Source of the DNA: Balanoglossus misakiensis
Lineage: Eukaryota > Animalia > Hemichordata
DNA length: 64,000 nt
Assembly (NCBI GenBank): GCA_040954595.2
Contig: CM082588.2
Coordinates: 1,665,935-1,729,934 of the forward strand
Direction of reading: 5' to 3'
The translations under genes were made by a program, and so were the position numbers. Positions 1-14,410 of the stretch are shown here, in pieces. The first letter of the stretch is position 1; each line of letters opens with the position of its first letter. A model generated the notes under the pieces. The model was given only the letters and a program-made list of their open reading frames with translations. It was not told the DNA's origin and made no database searches.

Positions 1-91
1 TGAAATAAATTTCATATCTTTTTCATGTTCTCTCTTCCTCTAATCAAACTCGCAAAACAACAATTATCAATTTGATAACAGTGAACTGATT

Positions 92-3000
92 TTATTTCTC
101 AGCACTGTTGTCTGTGTCAAGTTCATCCAGCAAGTTAGCAGACACTTCTGTATTAAACTGAGCACCAATGTCAGCTTCGATGACGTCCAAACAGATATCA
201 TACTGTTGATCCATTCCAATGTAACTGTCACTCAGAAGATACACTGTGTAAATTACTCTTCCTGTGAAAATAGAAATCACAAAAATAGCATAATTTTATA
301 CATACATACAAGTACGTAGCTAGACATGTATGTACATAGACAGACGAGCATCAAAGGTGACTCAAATGTCCCGACATATACCAGTCTAAATACACAGAAT
401 GCTATGCATTGCAATCATATTTGTCCATGACAACACTGAGCAATGTTGAATGTCCATGACATGTACCCACCAGTGGCTTCAGGAGTGTAGAATGCCAGAG
501 AGGCTGATGATCGTCCATACACACGACCTGTTCTCTTCAATGCCAACAGTTCTTGCTTCTCAATGTCACCCAGTGCTAACCACCAACCTTCATCCTTCAC
601 CTTGGGAAATCTTGGGGCGTGCACTCGTCTGTCTTTCTGTTGTCAGAAAAATTGATACATCAAGTTCTAAAAGTTGATTCTGGGAACAAAAAATCACTGT
701 GTTTCTTATCAAATCGATGGTCAGTACATTCCTTCTTAGCAAGTCAAACCATTTCCATTTTATCATTCACTAACATACCTTAGTTTGTGGTTTGTTCACT
801 CTCTCAAGATCCACATGCAAGACATACTCCTGGTCTGCATGTACTTGTATGAAGTCTTCGTCTGGTCTGACACCACCTACAGCAAACAGAACAGATTAAA
901 CACAATCACTTGAAGGGATCATTTGACTGTTGCCAAAATGTCAATTTTCAGGACTAATTAAGTAGGATAGTACTAATCAATTATAGAACATTTTCTGAAC
1001 TGTGAGATTGCCCATCATGTGAAATGGCACAAAAGGCAGAAGTAATGTCTTTTTCTCAGAATCAGAATTTCCATATGACACTTACTCTGTAATGATGTTG
1101 ACAGTTGTTTGTCTTGTTGTCCATCATGTTCAGCCCACCAGCCCGACAGATGGAGATTGACATCCATCACTGGAAGTTTCCGTAGCAACTGCCATATCTG
1201 AATAATAGTACAAAAAACTGTTACATTCAAGTGTGAGTAATTTTTAACATAAACTCTCTAGGGCATGTATGAGATAAATTTGATGGCACACATGCCTGGC
1301 TTCAACTTACATCCTCTATTTCATCATCAGACATCTTTCTCTCCAGTTGTCTCTGTAATATATGTCTCTGCCCTTTGCAGGCCGATATGAGTTCTGGAAG
1401 ACATTCGATTGACACGCCTTTAAAAGATCTGAAACAAAAAATATTAAAGTCAGCTTGGAATAATTGATAAAGTTAGCAATAGTTTGCAATTATTAGAGTT
1501 GACATATCCAAGATGTCCAAGGACCTTCTAGTCGTTTGAATTCCAAGCAAAACCTGTCACATACCTGAAGCAATGTAAATGATGTTTCTCAACATGAGGT
1601 AAAGTGAGCAGTGTTGATTCCTGTAACCATCTAGACTGTATGACCATTTGTACTAAGTGCATGATCCGTAACCCTGTCACCAACCAGCCCTGGTCTGCTG
1701 CCACGTCCAACATAGCCTAACACAAAACATCAAAAAGGGTTAAAATCATAGCCTTCAGTGTCTCAACTAAGGTCATAGATAGAAAACTGCTTCACTCTGA
1801 ATACTTACTTGTAAAATCCTGATGGCTTGGTCTAAGACGGATTTGGTGTCTGTGTAGTAATCTGCACTTGGAAGTTGAAGTCTGCTGAAGTAGGCTTGTA
1901 ACAACAAGTGTGCCTTTGTGTGTGAGCTGTCATAGGTGTATGGATTGACCTCCAGTGGACACTGCTGGGCTAAATCTCTGAAAGTCAGATTTAAAGATGT
2001 AGAGAGATGGTATTTACATTATAGGATTATGTTTGATAAAATTAACATAATTGTCAAAAAGTAACACATCTGAGATGTTTCATTAAAGGTTTTCTTCAAC
2101 ATGCCAAGAAGTAAATTATAAGAATTTGGTAATATCTTACGCATTTAATGCATCTTCATTATGTCTCACTGGCAGTTCAGCATATTCCTTGGCATCCTAA
2201 GAAAGACAGAAAAAAGAATGTATATGGCCATAATGTGAGTTCCGTTTTTGTATTCAACAAAACACCATTTGATACTAAATCAACAGATTACCATAAACTC
2301 AACAAAATGCCTAACCATACTCCACTTACTGATAAAATATTGAGCAGATCTGGTATCGAGGCATCTGCTGACAATCTGTCTTTGAACATCCGTACACTCA
2401 GATGATTCAAGTAATAGTAAGATGCTATTCGACCCAATGTCAAAGGCTCTATACCCCGATTGTCCTGAAAATGAAAATATACATGAATGTGAATTTTCTA
2501 TGACTTGATGAGAACTAGGAAAACTCTACAAATTAATTCTTTAATGAATACACTACGTACCTCAGCTACCTCCAAGCAGTAAGAACTTTCCAGATCCATG
2601 AGGGCTTTCTCAACAAGTCTTGACAAGAACTTGTTGATGCTGTCATGTTCAATATCTTCCAAGTTGTAGTAACTATGAAAAAATGTAAATGCTGTCAGAA
2701 TATGACACTTTCACTCCACAAATTGATGTACTGGTAGACTTACTGGGAGTTTGTCCAGCAGTACAGGACCCATATTAAAAAAAGACTAACCTTGGATTCT
2801 GCACCAATCTCCTAAAGAAGTACGTCCATGTGATGTAATCCATAGCATCTTGCTTTGTCGTTATGGTCCCTGCGACTATTTCAGCATTCAAGTGATCCGC
2901 CAACACTTCCAACAAACTGCAAAAATACAAACAGACCAATTGCTTACAATAGTATTTTTCCATAGTCTGAATATGCTTGTTGGCTAATACACCAGATAGA

Positions 3001-6000
3001 AAGAATTGTCCTTTTTCTAAGTTTCTGTGACTTACTTGGATTCCACTGGGAATGGTTCGTAGAGGAATTTCTTGTAGAAGTGTTTCTTGGTGTCATGTAC
3101 TAAGATGACTGCTGTGCCTTGGTCATCAAACTGAGGGCGTCCTGCTCTTCCCATCATTTGCAACACATCTGAAAAATGAGACAGTCTTTGTCAACAAATT
3201 TTATTGGGAAACATATGTGTGTTACACCGGAATACAGTCTGGCTTATAATAGTGGAATGCTGTAAACTGGTCATCATCATCTCACCTGTTATAGGGAAGT
3301 CCACATATCGGCAAGTTTTGCCGTCGAAGTATTCTGTTCCCTTCACCACCACTAGATGAGCTGGGAAATTGACACCCCAAGCTAACGTGCTAGTTGCTAT
3401 CAGCACCTGAAACAGAGACACACTGAGGTTAAAAAAACCATGCATGTATACACATGCAGACAGATGCTGACTGAGTCGTAGCAAAAAAACAACTGAACTG
3501 TACTCTGCCTGATAACCAGCGAGTGAAAATGAAAGCATTTCTAGTTTATTTATTCACACACGTACACACCTGTATTTTCTGATTGACAAACAGTTCCTCC
3601 ACTGTCTTCCTATCTCTCTCATGAAGTCCAGCATGGTGAATACCAATACCAAAGGCCAAGGTCAACTTGAGGTTGTTGTCACGGATACCACCAATTATAT
3701 TCTCCATCTGAAAGATTGGATAAGAAAGGGTTTTAAGTCCTGATGCTGCTGTATATAACATCATGGCAATTTCTGCCAAATTTCACAATTTAGTACAGAT
3801 TAAATTCTTCAAAACTCTACTTGTCAAAGCTGGACTTACCTCCCTCTCTTCCATATGTAGCCACTGTTTGGGGTTGTCCTCTGCTGCTAGGAATGCTATG
3901 AGATCCAGAGCAGTCAATCTCGTCTGACGACGTGATGATACAAAGATCAAGACTGGCTTGCTTGGTGAATGTGTTCTGATTGCTACAAATGTATTAAAGA
4001 AATGGAACAACAAAAGTTTAAAGATTACTGGTTGTTCAGGCTGCCTAATTATAGCTTACAGATATGAAGACAACAGAAAAATCTAAGATTTGTATTTGTG
4101 TTTAAAGTGGTTCAGATATGGATTTCCTTACCCTGGAATGTTGGCTTATTCATAGTTGCCATGCGTGGGCAGTAGTGCTTGCCAGGAAAACCAGAAATAT
4201 GGACTTCAAGAGGGACTGGTCTGACAGACGGCCGGAAATTGAACAGGCCAACCTACATTTGGGAAGAAAACATAAGAAAATATTTTAATAAGAAAAGCAT
4301 TTTTCATATAATATTATGGCAATTGTATTTCAGGCAGGGGTAATTTACTAATATAATGAAGACTTACCTGTTCAATGGATAGCCAGTCAGCCAAATCTCT
4401 GGCATTAGCCAATGCAGTAGACAAACCCACTACTCTCAATGTTCTCTCAGTATGAGAGGATATAAAGTTTGTTCTAGACACTATCACTTCCAAGACCGGT
4501 CCTCTGTCGCCACCTTGCAAAAGAAATAATTCAAACATCATCATCACAAATGCTCTTCCAAGGCCTGTCCCCAGATAGCTCAAGCCTTACCCTGCTATTG
4601 CGTTAACACTGGTACAATGGTTAACCATGTTTGCCTAAAAACTAAAGTGACTTTCATTCACAAAATCTTACCTAGCAGATGTATTTCATCAATAATGAGC
4701 AAGGAGACTTCTTTGACATAATTTCTATTCTGCCAGCTACGACTGATACCGTCCCATTTCTCAGGAGTTGTCACGATGATGTCAGCCGTCGAGATGGCTC
4801 TAATGTCTGGTGTCACATCGCCTGTCATCTCTATCACCCTGGAAACAAAGGTCATGGTTGAAACAATTGTCCATTTAGTACTTTCAAGTTGGTGAATGAA
4901 GTAGAATCTCATAATTGGCTTTACAGTAAATTGCACCAAGGAATGTTAATAATAATGATATCTGGTATATCCACTCACTTCTTTCCAATTCTGTTTTCAA
5001 TCCTCTGTTTCCAATCATCAATCCTCTCTCTGACCAGTGCCTTCAATGGTGCTATGTACACACACTGTGAGAGAGAGAAACACACACTGGTCATCCAAGT
5101 TTCATTTCTCACATGTAAAACAAGGCACTACTTTACAATTGCTGATCGTCTATTAGGATTGATGGCAGCCAGTAGTGATAGACAATCAGAATTCAAAATC
5201 TTACCTTCGTCTTAGGATACACATTGAAAACTCTAAACATTGCCAACTCAGCTGCAACAGTTTTGCCAGACCCTGTAGGTGCTCCGAGTAAGACATTGTA
5301 GTCTGTGTGGTACAGAGTATGGAATATCTGTGTCTGTAAACAGAAAGTAAACAGAAATCTCAGTACATTATGTAATGTATGACAGAACCCTGTAGGTCAT
5401 AAAAGTAAATGCAGAATAATACAGCAATACAGAAGAGATGTGTAGCTTTTTAACTCTGCTACTGTCAGAGGTACAATGGACTCACCTGTACTGGATTGAA
5501 GTGACTAAATTTGTACATTGATTCATACTCTGGGATTCCTAACGCACTGACAGGTAGTGGCTGTAAATTGAGTAACTCTGGAAATAAGGGAAATATTTGA
5601 GAGATGTGTGAGTTAATATATATGGATCATCAAGGTTTGGCTGAAGTACTTGAATAGTATAAAATGTTATTATACAAAAGTTAGCGCACAGCAAGCGGAG
5701 AAGTTTAACACGATAGTTTTCAATGGTATGATGAATGTAACCATGGCTACATGAGGAGGTAGCTGCATTTGAAATGGTTTAAAATCTCCATTATCAGGAA
5801 ATCACAAAACCCCGATTGACATCTTACCTGTATTAGGTGGATGTTTCTCGGGTAGAATCAGATGTTGAAATGATATTGCACAAACAGCAGTGGCACACAT
5901 CCATCTGTCAGATATCGCCCGCACATAGTATTGACTAGGCAGGGGTTCAAAGATTGGAATAGTGAACACTAACTCCTGAGGCTCCTTGGTAATCACCTGG

Positions 6001-9000
6001 AAGGAAGTCAAAATAGCGTCAAGGGCACTGTGCTTCCATTTGATCACATTGATAAAGTGGTTACATACATGTAAGGTTTGTCATGGTCCTGGAAAATGAC
6101 ACTGGTTTAATTGTCACTCTAACTAGGTTTTCTTGTATACAATACAGATATATTAGGCATGAGTTGCTTTAACTTGGCCCCAATCAGAAATCAAGGATTG
6201 GATTTTGCTCTGCTTACGCCTTGAGGCTCTCTACAAACTTCTCACCTGCTTCTTATGCATCAAGAAGTATTCCGAATGGTAGATGTGATTGTTGTCCGGA
6301 TCCTCCACCCAGATCCACCAGGGCTCTGTGCTGTTTCCGTGCATGTGATCATTCCATTTGAAATCCGGTGTCACTGTGAGGCGAACTCGTAGAACGCTGC
6401 GTGTGATTGGCTGGATGTTGGCTTCCAATGAGACTGCTGGAAACTGATGGACAATTTTTTTCACTTTGTCCCCCATTCGTACGTGGTGTATCATGTGACC
6501 TGATGAAACAAAAACATTTGAAGAGGTTCTTATGTATACTTAAAATCATACATAACCCCAAGCAACGAAAGTGAACATATTTTCAGTCTATTGCCTTCAA
6601 ATATTAGAGATAATATTACCTATTTCATCTTTGCCCATTTCTCTCATTCTGTCTATTGTCATCTTCTTGGCTTCCAACTTATGGTAGATATCGTTAGACA
6701 GGTTAGAGAACTGTCTGAGTGGATGTTCGTATCCCCATAGTCGTTTATCCACAGTCTTACTGAGTTCAAGCGTTCTTGCTGCCATCACTGGCCATCCTCT
6801 GCGAATAGCGATGTCGAACAGTGCCCTCACTATACGACCAGAGTTCTGTTGTGAGATAAGATGTATAGTTACAATGGTAAGTTACTTCTGTGCGCCAAGT
6901 GTCTAAGACGTACATGTACTAGTAAAGTAGGTTTTGTGTGTATCAACAGCAGAGCCCTGCAACCTTTGACAAGTGCTGCCTTGTTATTTATGACATGAAC
7001 TCTATGATTGGTTCAGTTTATGAGACATACTCTGTGATTGGTTCAGTTTGAACACCAACATACAGTTCTGCAGCATTACCTGGGCCACATAGGCAGTGTC
7101 TGACACCAAGGAAAAGCTTTCCACTCTTTCCTTAGAAATGTACGTCTGTAATAAGATATTGACTTTGCCGTAGCCATTCTCTACTCCGCCTGCAGCTGGC
7201 ATGACACAGCTTTCCTGCATGTGACGATCCAGTTCATCTAATTCATCATCACGCACCTGGAAGTGACAGAAAAAGGGTTAACAAGGATAAAGGAGAGACT
7301 TCCATGAACTATGTATACCTGGGGGGTGAGGAGTGACATTGCGTCAAAAATCACTGACCACAGATATCAGCCAAAGTAGATTTGAGGGAAAGGAATTATA
7401 ACCGACAAATGAATAAAAACCAAAGACATTACTTACTTTGATTTGGTCAAACTCTTCAGATTTGGATATCATAGAAAAGATATCAGCTTCTGTCATGTGT
7501 GCTTTGAAGAGCTCATTGAAGAGACCAATTGTGGCTGACTTGATATAGAAATGACTTGCAGTACGTCCCAGATCAGTGGCGTGTAGGTACCCAGTCGCCT
7601 CCTCAAAGCGTATCATGGTTGCTTTGTCTAGTGCTCTTGCAGCAATGGTGATCAAATCTCGTCTATGTTTCTCCAGATTAGGATCCTCCTGAAATGATGG
7701 ACAGTTGTTTAATCATATTCGAGTAATAGCTCAGGTTATAAACAAAACCATTAACAAACGGTTGCCAGGTAGCCATCATGGATTATACCACAACACAGTT
7801 TTCATGAACATCTGTACATCATAGAACATTTTCACTGACTAAGAGTGTCCATCAACAATTTGATAAAGTGAATATACATGCAACATTCTCTGTGTAATGC
7901 TAGAAAAGATTAAACCAAACAAACTCTGAACTCCTACCTGAGCTTCTTTGTAACTGAGACCATAGACCATTGGATTTATACGCATTCTGACATACAGATA
8001 GGTATATTGCAACCATCTAACAGCTTCCTCAACATTGGTCACTGTTCCGAGAGAAATCTGTCGTGAGAGGAGATGTCAGTTGGTTGGAATGCTTCTTGTT
8101 GAGTACGCTAAAACGCTATTTCAGTTGTTCTTCATGAAATGACAAATCATTGACACTGGAACCCTTACCTCGGCATTCAGGTTGTCCGCGAGACCTTGAG
8201 TGAACTGGCTTTCTATTGGATTCTGTCTGGTCAGTAGTGACAGATAATGGTTGAGTTTGTCATGAGTTGTAATGATCGTACCCTGTCCATACGTGTCATA
8301 TTGTGGTCGTCCAGCACGACCAAAGATTTGCATGACATCCAGCATTCCGAGGTCAACAAAGGTGCCTTTGTGGGCATCGTACAGTTGAGTGCCCTGTGAA
8401 AATAAAATTTTTGCGAGTGACAAATGAACTTTACATTATAATGCCCAAAGTACAGTGAAAGCATTGCTTCTTTGGATCATAAAATGTTGACATTTTACAA
8501 CAGGTTTTAACTCACATTATCCAGGTAAAAGAATTCAGAAATCTACTGAACTATTTCAAACTAAAAACTCCAAAAGAAGTCGTACTAAACCATCCTAATC
8601 TTCCTGGTCTGTCAAGCTATAAAAATCATTCAAACTAGGGATTCCTCACCTTGATGATTACAGCATGAGCTGGCAAGTTGACTCCCCAGGCTAGCGTTGC
8701 TGTGGAGACCATCACTTTGATGAGGCCATCAGAAAAGAGTCTCTCTACCAGGTTTCTGTCTTGCCTCAACATTCCAGCATGATGAGTGGCAAACCCATCA
8801 GGGAATAACTCACGCAGTTGTTTGTTTGGGGACCTCATCACCTAATAGAAGGGTTTCAACGTACATGTACACACAAAATGAAAAAGAAGTAGCAAATAAA
8901 CCTGAACAGTTCAAATCATAAACATTCCACTATGCAAAAGTGTGATAGAAATGATAAGAGACAGTTGTTACCTGTTTCTCAGCAGCTCCGTAAGCAGAAC

Positions 9001-12000
9001 CCGGTTTTGCTGTGAATAACCCAGAGTCACCATTGTTCTTGGCTAACTCTCTCAACGTCATGGCTGTACGGACAGTGGCATTTCTAGCATGCACAAACAC
9101 CATCACCTACAAGCAATGTAGACAATCATGTTTATCAGCATAGTTTGACCATGTGTTGCTAATTATGTACATACAATCAATGAGATCATCTAATGATCAT
9201 TTACAGCAGTTGTGCAATTGTTAAAAACTTAAACTTGATAGTGTGGTAATAGTACCAATACAACACTCTATGGAATTACACAAGTTATGAGTATTTTGAT
9301 TTTTGGAGTTATTTCACTAACCTGATGTCCCCTTTCCACCATATCAACAACTCTATCATAACACACTTGATCCATATCCATCAGTTGCTGCATTCTGTTT
9401 GTGGCCTTGATGCCAATAAATGTCTGTCCTAGAGGAACAGGTCGGAAACGCCCATCAAAGAAAAACAAGCCCAGGTATGGACTGACGTGGAGGAACCTAG
9501 CCACATCTACATAGTTTGGCAGAGTTGCTGAGAGACCGATGATTCTTATCATGCTCTGTGAGGATTCCACCTGTAATGTACAGAATACAAAAACATTAAT
9601 ATATACTCAGCCGTATTCTGCATGTATATATAGAATTCTACTGTATCATACACATTTAAGGAGAGTCAGACCATATTTGCAGGAATGCTCCAACTCACCT
9701 GTCTAAGCGTCCTAGCAACCAAGCTTTCGATCACAGCCCCTCTGTCCTCATGCAGCAGATGGACTTCATCAATGATCAACAATTTCACAATCTGTGTTAA
9801 TGCTATATCACCAGTGCTCTTACGAGTTACAACGTCCCATTTCTCTGGAGTGGTTACCAGCATCTGTATTCACAGGAAAGAAGGCAGTTAGTTTGCAATC
9901 TACTGTAGTTATATACAAGTGTATTTTTGCATTAATTCATTTTGATGTGGCCTTATTGAATGCCTTAAGGTTCTGGCCAAAAAAAATCATAACAATGCTT
10001 TTATCCCCATTTTCTGTGTTCATACCTGTGTTTTTTGTATTTCTGATTTGGTAAGCTGCATATCACCAGTTAGTTCCTTCACTGTCACACCAAGGGGTGC
10101 TAAACGACCTCCAAAGTTCCTGACCATCTCTGCAGCCAAGGCTTTCATAGGTGCAACATAGATGATCTAAAACACAAAGTTCACAATAAGGTGATGATTT
10201 GATACACAGATTTTAGAAATGTAAAAGTTAGAAATGTTATATGCTTCGATCATGCAATGTGAATTCGAAGAAAGGAATCTGTAACAGCGTTTGGGCCTAA
10301 TCGGAAAAAGCTTCACTTACTTTGAACTCATCTTTCTTGATAACACCTTGATGTAAATGTTGATTCAATTCACGTAGTATAGCCAGCATTGCAATGTTGG
10401 TTTTGCCAGCACCAGTAGGGGCACAGATCAAAAGATTCTCATTTGTGTTGTAAGCAGTTTCAAAGACAACTGACTGGATGCGATTCAAGGACTTCATTCC
10501 CCTGAAAGCAAGTTGCCCCATCTACCACAAGACAAAAAAGATTGCAGTCAAGTGTACGATTATAATATTAATTACTTATATAGCGCATTAAATAGTACAT
10601 CTCGATTCGCTTTACAATTACTCCCCTAGGGAGCAAACAACAGCTCACAAGTAAACGAAATAATCAGTGATCACAAAGAATATAAAAGACATCAAGAAAA
10701 TCAACTCGATGATTTTTCTACCTCATCTAGATCACTGATTTGGATTCTCGTTTTCCCAATATGCACTGGGGCAGGTGCTGATGGTGGGATGGTTACTTCT
10801 TCATACATTTTTGTGTTTCTCTTTTCAAAGCCAACAGGAAGGCTCATCTGCAAGAGAAATTGGATAAAAACATTAAAACTAGTCACCACGAAACTGCATT
10901 TTAACCAGTTAAATAGTGACAACCTGAAGCAGATTGTTTACCTTTGCACCTCCAATGAATGATGATGTATGTTGTGCTTCTACCAATGAATCGTACACAT
11001 TTGGATATCTCTCCTTTTGGGGGACTGATCCAGGATGAGAGAATAGTGGCATTCTTGTGGCTTCCTGAAGGGCTCGCTCCCTGAAAGTAGAAAAAAAATA
11101 GCTCTAAGACTATTGGCAAGTTCAGTCCATCTTGTGTGGAACTATAACCTGTACTGGGTACACCTTGGCACCTCACCGCACATCTTTGCCCCTCTATATT
11201 TAAGGACTCACCTCTCGATTCTCAGTAAATGTGGATCAAATTCAGCCTCATCAAACTCATCACTCTTGGCTTCTCTTTTGTGCTGTCTTCTCTCATCTTT
11301 ACGGATCTGTTTCTGCAGCTGTTTCTCTGTCTCTGACTGTGGAAGTAAAAAGTCAGTTCTTTAGATCAAACGAATTCGGTTTATGAGAACAAACACTAAA
11401 TGTCCCCAAACCAGTGAGCTAAAAATAAAAAGGCCCAACGCTACTGGAGCACTGCCAACCAGAATTATATATCATGGTTATAATCCAGACCTTACTGATA
11501 GATGAAAATACTAATACACTCTACCTGAATTGTAACTTGTGCACCATAGTTTGGTCTTGATGTGGCTCCACCAGAACCTGAAGTCTTGTTCCCTGTACAT
11601 AATAAATTGATGATAAAATCTTTACTGTTTGAGTTCTGTTTCTGCCACCGGTCTGATATATTTGGGACACAAATATAACTTAACTGTTTTTTTTTAAAGT
11701 GACAGCTTTTGACAAATATCTATTCTGAAGTACATTTTCTTTAATCAATCAATTAAAAATTATAATCATTACCTGAACCAACTTTTCCAGCTGGTTTTGG
11801 CACACCATTTACTGCAACTTTGATGATTTTCTCTCTGTTATTTAGCAGTTTCTGGATCAACTCAAACCGGTCAAAACCAAGCAAATCAAAAAGCTGAAGC
11901 AAGAAAACAACTATTAGTCATTCTCAATAGACAATACTAATTCTCTCACAAACATAAACATTCACAATTAAGCAACACTTACATCATTCTGCAATTCATC

Positions 12001-12574
12001 GTTGGATTTGGCAGAGCCCAGAATATCAAATATGCGCTCACACCAGTTTTCTACAGACACGTCCATGTCTGAGCTGTAATGCTTGCTGACTTCATTGAGC
12101 AACCAGTTACCACTGAAAGCTGATCCAGAATCCTTGTTACCACGGCTGCTAGACACACTTGGTTGTGGACCAACGGTGGCTGAGTACGACATTGAAAATT
12201 CATAATCATCTTCTTCTGATTCTTCACTAGAGATATTCTCCCCTTTGCCATTTTCAAGGCAGTAGGAATCATACGAAAAATGTATGTTTGCTCCAAATTC
12301 TTTTGCTTGGACTTCATCACTTTTCTCCAATTTTTCCAACACTTCAGCGGGAACGAATCTAACAATTCCTTGGATAATTTTGAAAGCTTGTGATACAGCA
12401 TTTGCTGGAAAAGGCCCCAGTTGATTTTTCAGTTTGATTGTTTCATTGTGTCCGACTTTTTCACAGTCTTTCAGAGTAAGGAACAGGAAGACAGCTGTGC
12501 TTTCAACAGTTTCGGGTGATGCATCACTGCCAACTGCAAAAAATAAGTGATTTCTTGTAAAATAAAAATACCTG

Positions 12575-12648
<74 letters not shown>

Positions 12649-13494
12649 ACATCATCATCATCATCATCATCACTGTCATCGTTGTCATTGTCATCATCAA
12701 AACAACAAGAATAACTTTATTGCATAACAACACACTTCAGGAAGTGTGGTAGAGCAAGTACATAATCAGGTAGACTGCTGCTGGCGATGATGATATAGTA
12801 GTGTTTGAAATGTACATGTACTTCAAAACTCCCATTTGGGACGCATTCACTCCTAAAAAATAATGGTATCAACCAAGAGAGGGTCACGTCAGGCTAGGGG
12901 GTCAAATCAAATTATAATAATTGCATTATGGGTAAAAAATGTTATCTCCTCACTGCAGTAAGAGTTTTAAGAATTGGGTTTAAAGGTCTACTTCTGTATA
13001 ACAAGAATTTGTCATCTATCTGTTTCATTTTTTGCTGCTAAAAGATTTGGTGAATACCCAAACATTGTTTAGCTAATTGTAGACTTTGCTACAAAGTTTG
13101 ATGTTTTAGCTAATGATGAACTTCCGTGTACAGAACACATTTCGGGAGTTTTTTCTCACTCACCTAGGTAGCAAAAACTTATTGAAGTTAGAGAGGATAC
13201 ATCATGTACATTGCATAACTATAAATCAAAACCAATGGCACAGGAAACTATAGTTTTGCCGATTAACGTACCGATTTCGCGAGTGACTCGAACCAGCTGC
13301 CGCAAAGCCCCTGCAACCTCGCTCTTATTCTGCTTGCTATGGACTTCCAAAGTCAGAGTCAATTCGTCCCAACTTCTCTCCTCCTGTCTTTTACGCGACC
13401 TTTTCGACCCAATCTGCTCGTTCTCTGGGCTGTCTGTATTTAATGTGACATTCGAAAAGGCCCTCAAGGCGCCTGTTAACCTCGGTAACTCCAT
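92..13494 (-). CDS. ASCC3: Activating signal cointegrator 1 complex subunit 3 (Ski2-like helicase with two DExH/Sec63 cassettes); complete, 41 coding exons
   Basis: N-terminus [16 protein letters not shown] (ATG at 13494) and C-terminus [22 protein letters not shown]...* (TAA 92-94) resemble vertebrate ASCC3. Two helicase cassettes: [15 protein letters not shown] and [18 protein letters not shown]. Exons, all GT-AG, in transcript order: 13272-13494, 11983-12533, 11773-11893, 11525-11592, 11212-11336, 10942-11080, 10722-10847, 10321-10521, 10026-10166, 9699-9863, 9322-9570, 8972-9106, 8650-8841, 8169-8393, 7938-8057, 7437-7688, 7080-7256, 6620-6845, 6246-6499, 5828-5996, 5486-5577, 5205-5333, 4979-5064, 4672-4838, 4368-4513, 4132-4252, 3840-3982, 3570-3707, 3286-3406, 3036-3168, 2791-2916, 2561-2672, 2330-2464, 2141-2196, 1809-1977, 1565-1716, 1311-1428, 1086-1197, 779-876, 471-636, 92-261. 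Confidence 0.96.
12575..12698. repeat. (CAT)n microsatellite in ASCC3 intron 1
   Basis: About 40 near-perfect CAT units, degenerating at the right end. It explains the spurious poly-Met ORF 12524-12733. Confidence 0.95.
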
Positions 13495-14410
13495 CGCATC
13501 AACCTTCCATATTGTAGTTGTACCCAATGACACATATCACTACTTCAGCTGTTCATATGTATGATTGCATGCTCAGCTGCAATACCGGAAGTTGACGTAT
13601 TGACATTATATTTGTTGTGGGCACTTCTCTTCTTTACTCGAGTAATGAAAATGCATGGTAATATGGAAAATGCCTAATTTATGCTCGTAAGGGACTTAAA
13701 AAGTAAAACTAAAGCATCGGACGAAAACTACACTACATATGATCCACAATCCGGCCCAAAGATCGCACAAAATCGACTTTAGATGCGAAAAAACGGCATG
13801 TGTATGTCACTATGAATGATGCTGTTGGCAATGCTAGTGTTGTAAAGTTGCATTGAAATTTCTCCCCAACGACACATATCACCACTCTTCATGCATTGCA
13901 TTTGGACAATGCATCAGTTGTGTTCTTAGGGGACTTAAAAAAGTAAAATCGGAAGCTTCGGGCAAGCCGTAAAGTATTTTTCGCAAACTGAAAGTATCAA
14001 GCATCAAATCGATTGAGAATTCAGCCTTGGATGCAGTTTCGGATTTACTTTCGGGATCAAGTAACTGAATAGTTGTGTGTTTCCAGGAGACCGTCGTAGT
14101 TTCAGTATTTAGTTTAGAACTATAAAAGATGATTACTTTAGCTCAAATTCTCATTATCTGAATATTGATGATATTGCCTAGTTACTTTCAGTTACTCGAA
14201 CCCAAAATTGAACCCAAGGCTAACTTCAGCATGACTTCGGTATGCGCCCCCATACCTAACTTCTGACAGCAGACATAGTTCTTTTGTTTTTACAAGGTCA
14301 TTCGGGGCCACTGTACGATTGACACACTGCAAGAACTTTACTTCGCCTCACCCGAATTAGGTTCAGGCTTATATTTTCAGTACATGTAAAATATAAATAG
14401 TCGGAATATA
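13495..14410. promoter_or_regulatory. Putative bidirectional promoter ASCC3/CLYBL
   Basis: Divergent start codons about 0.9 kb apart. ETS/GABP-type CCGGAAGT at 13585-13592 abuts TGACGT at 13593-13598. CpG is more frequent than in the flanking introns. Confidence 0.6.

Noticed and set aside
12524-12733. Poly-Met ORF, and the poly-Ser/Ile/His ORFs at 14377-14797
   Set aside because: Translation artefacts of the (CAT)n/(GAT)n microsatellites.
92-13494. SNRNP200/Brr2 as the identity of the helicase
   Set aside because: The N-terminus (LPRLTGALR), the [11 protein letters not shown] motif and the C-terminus match ASCC3, not Brr2.
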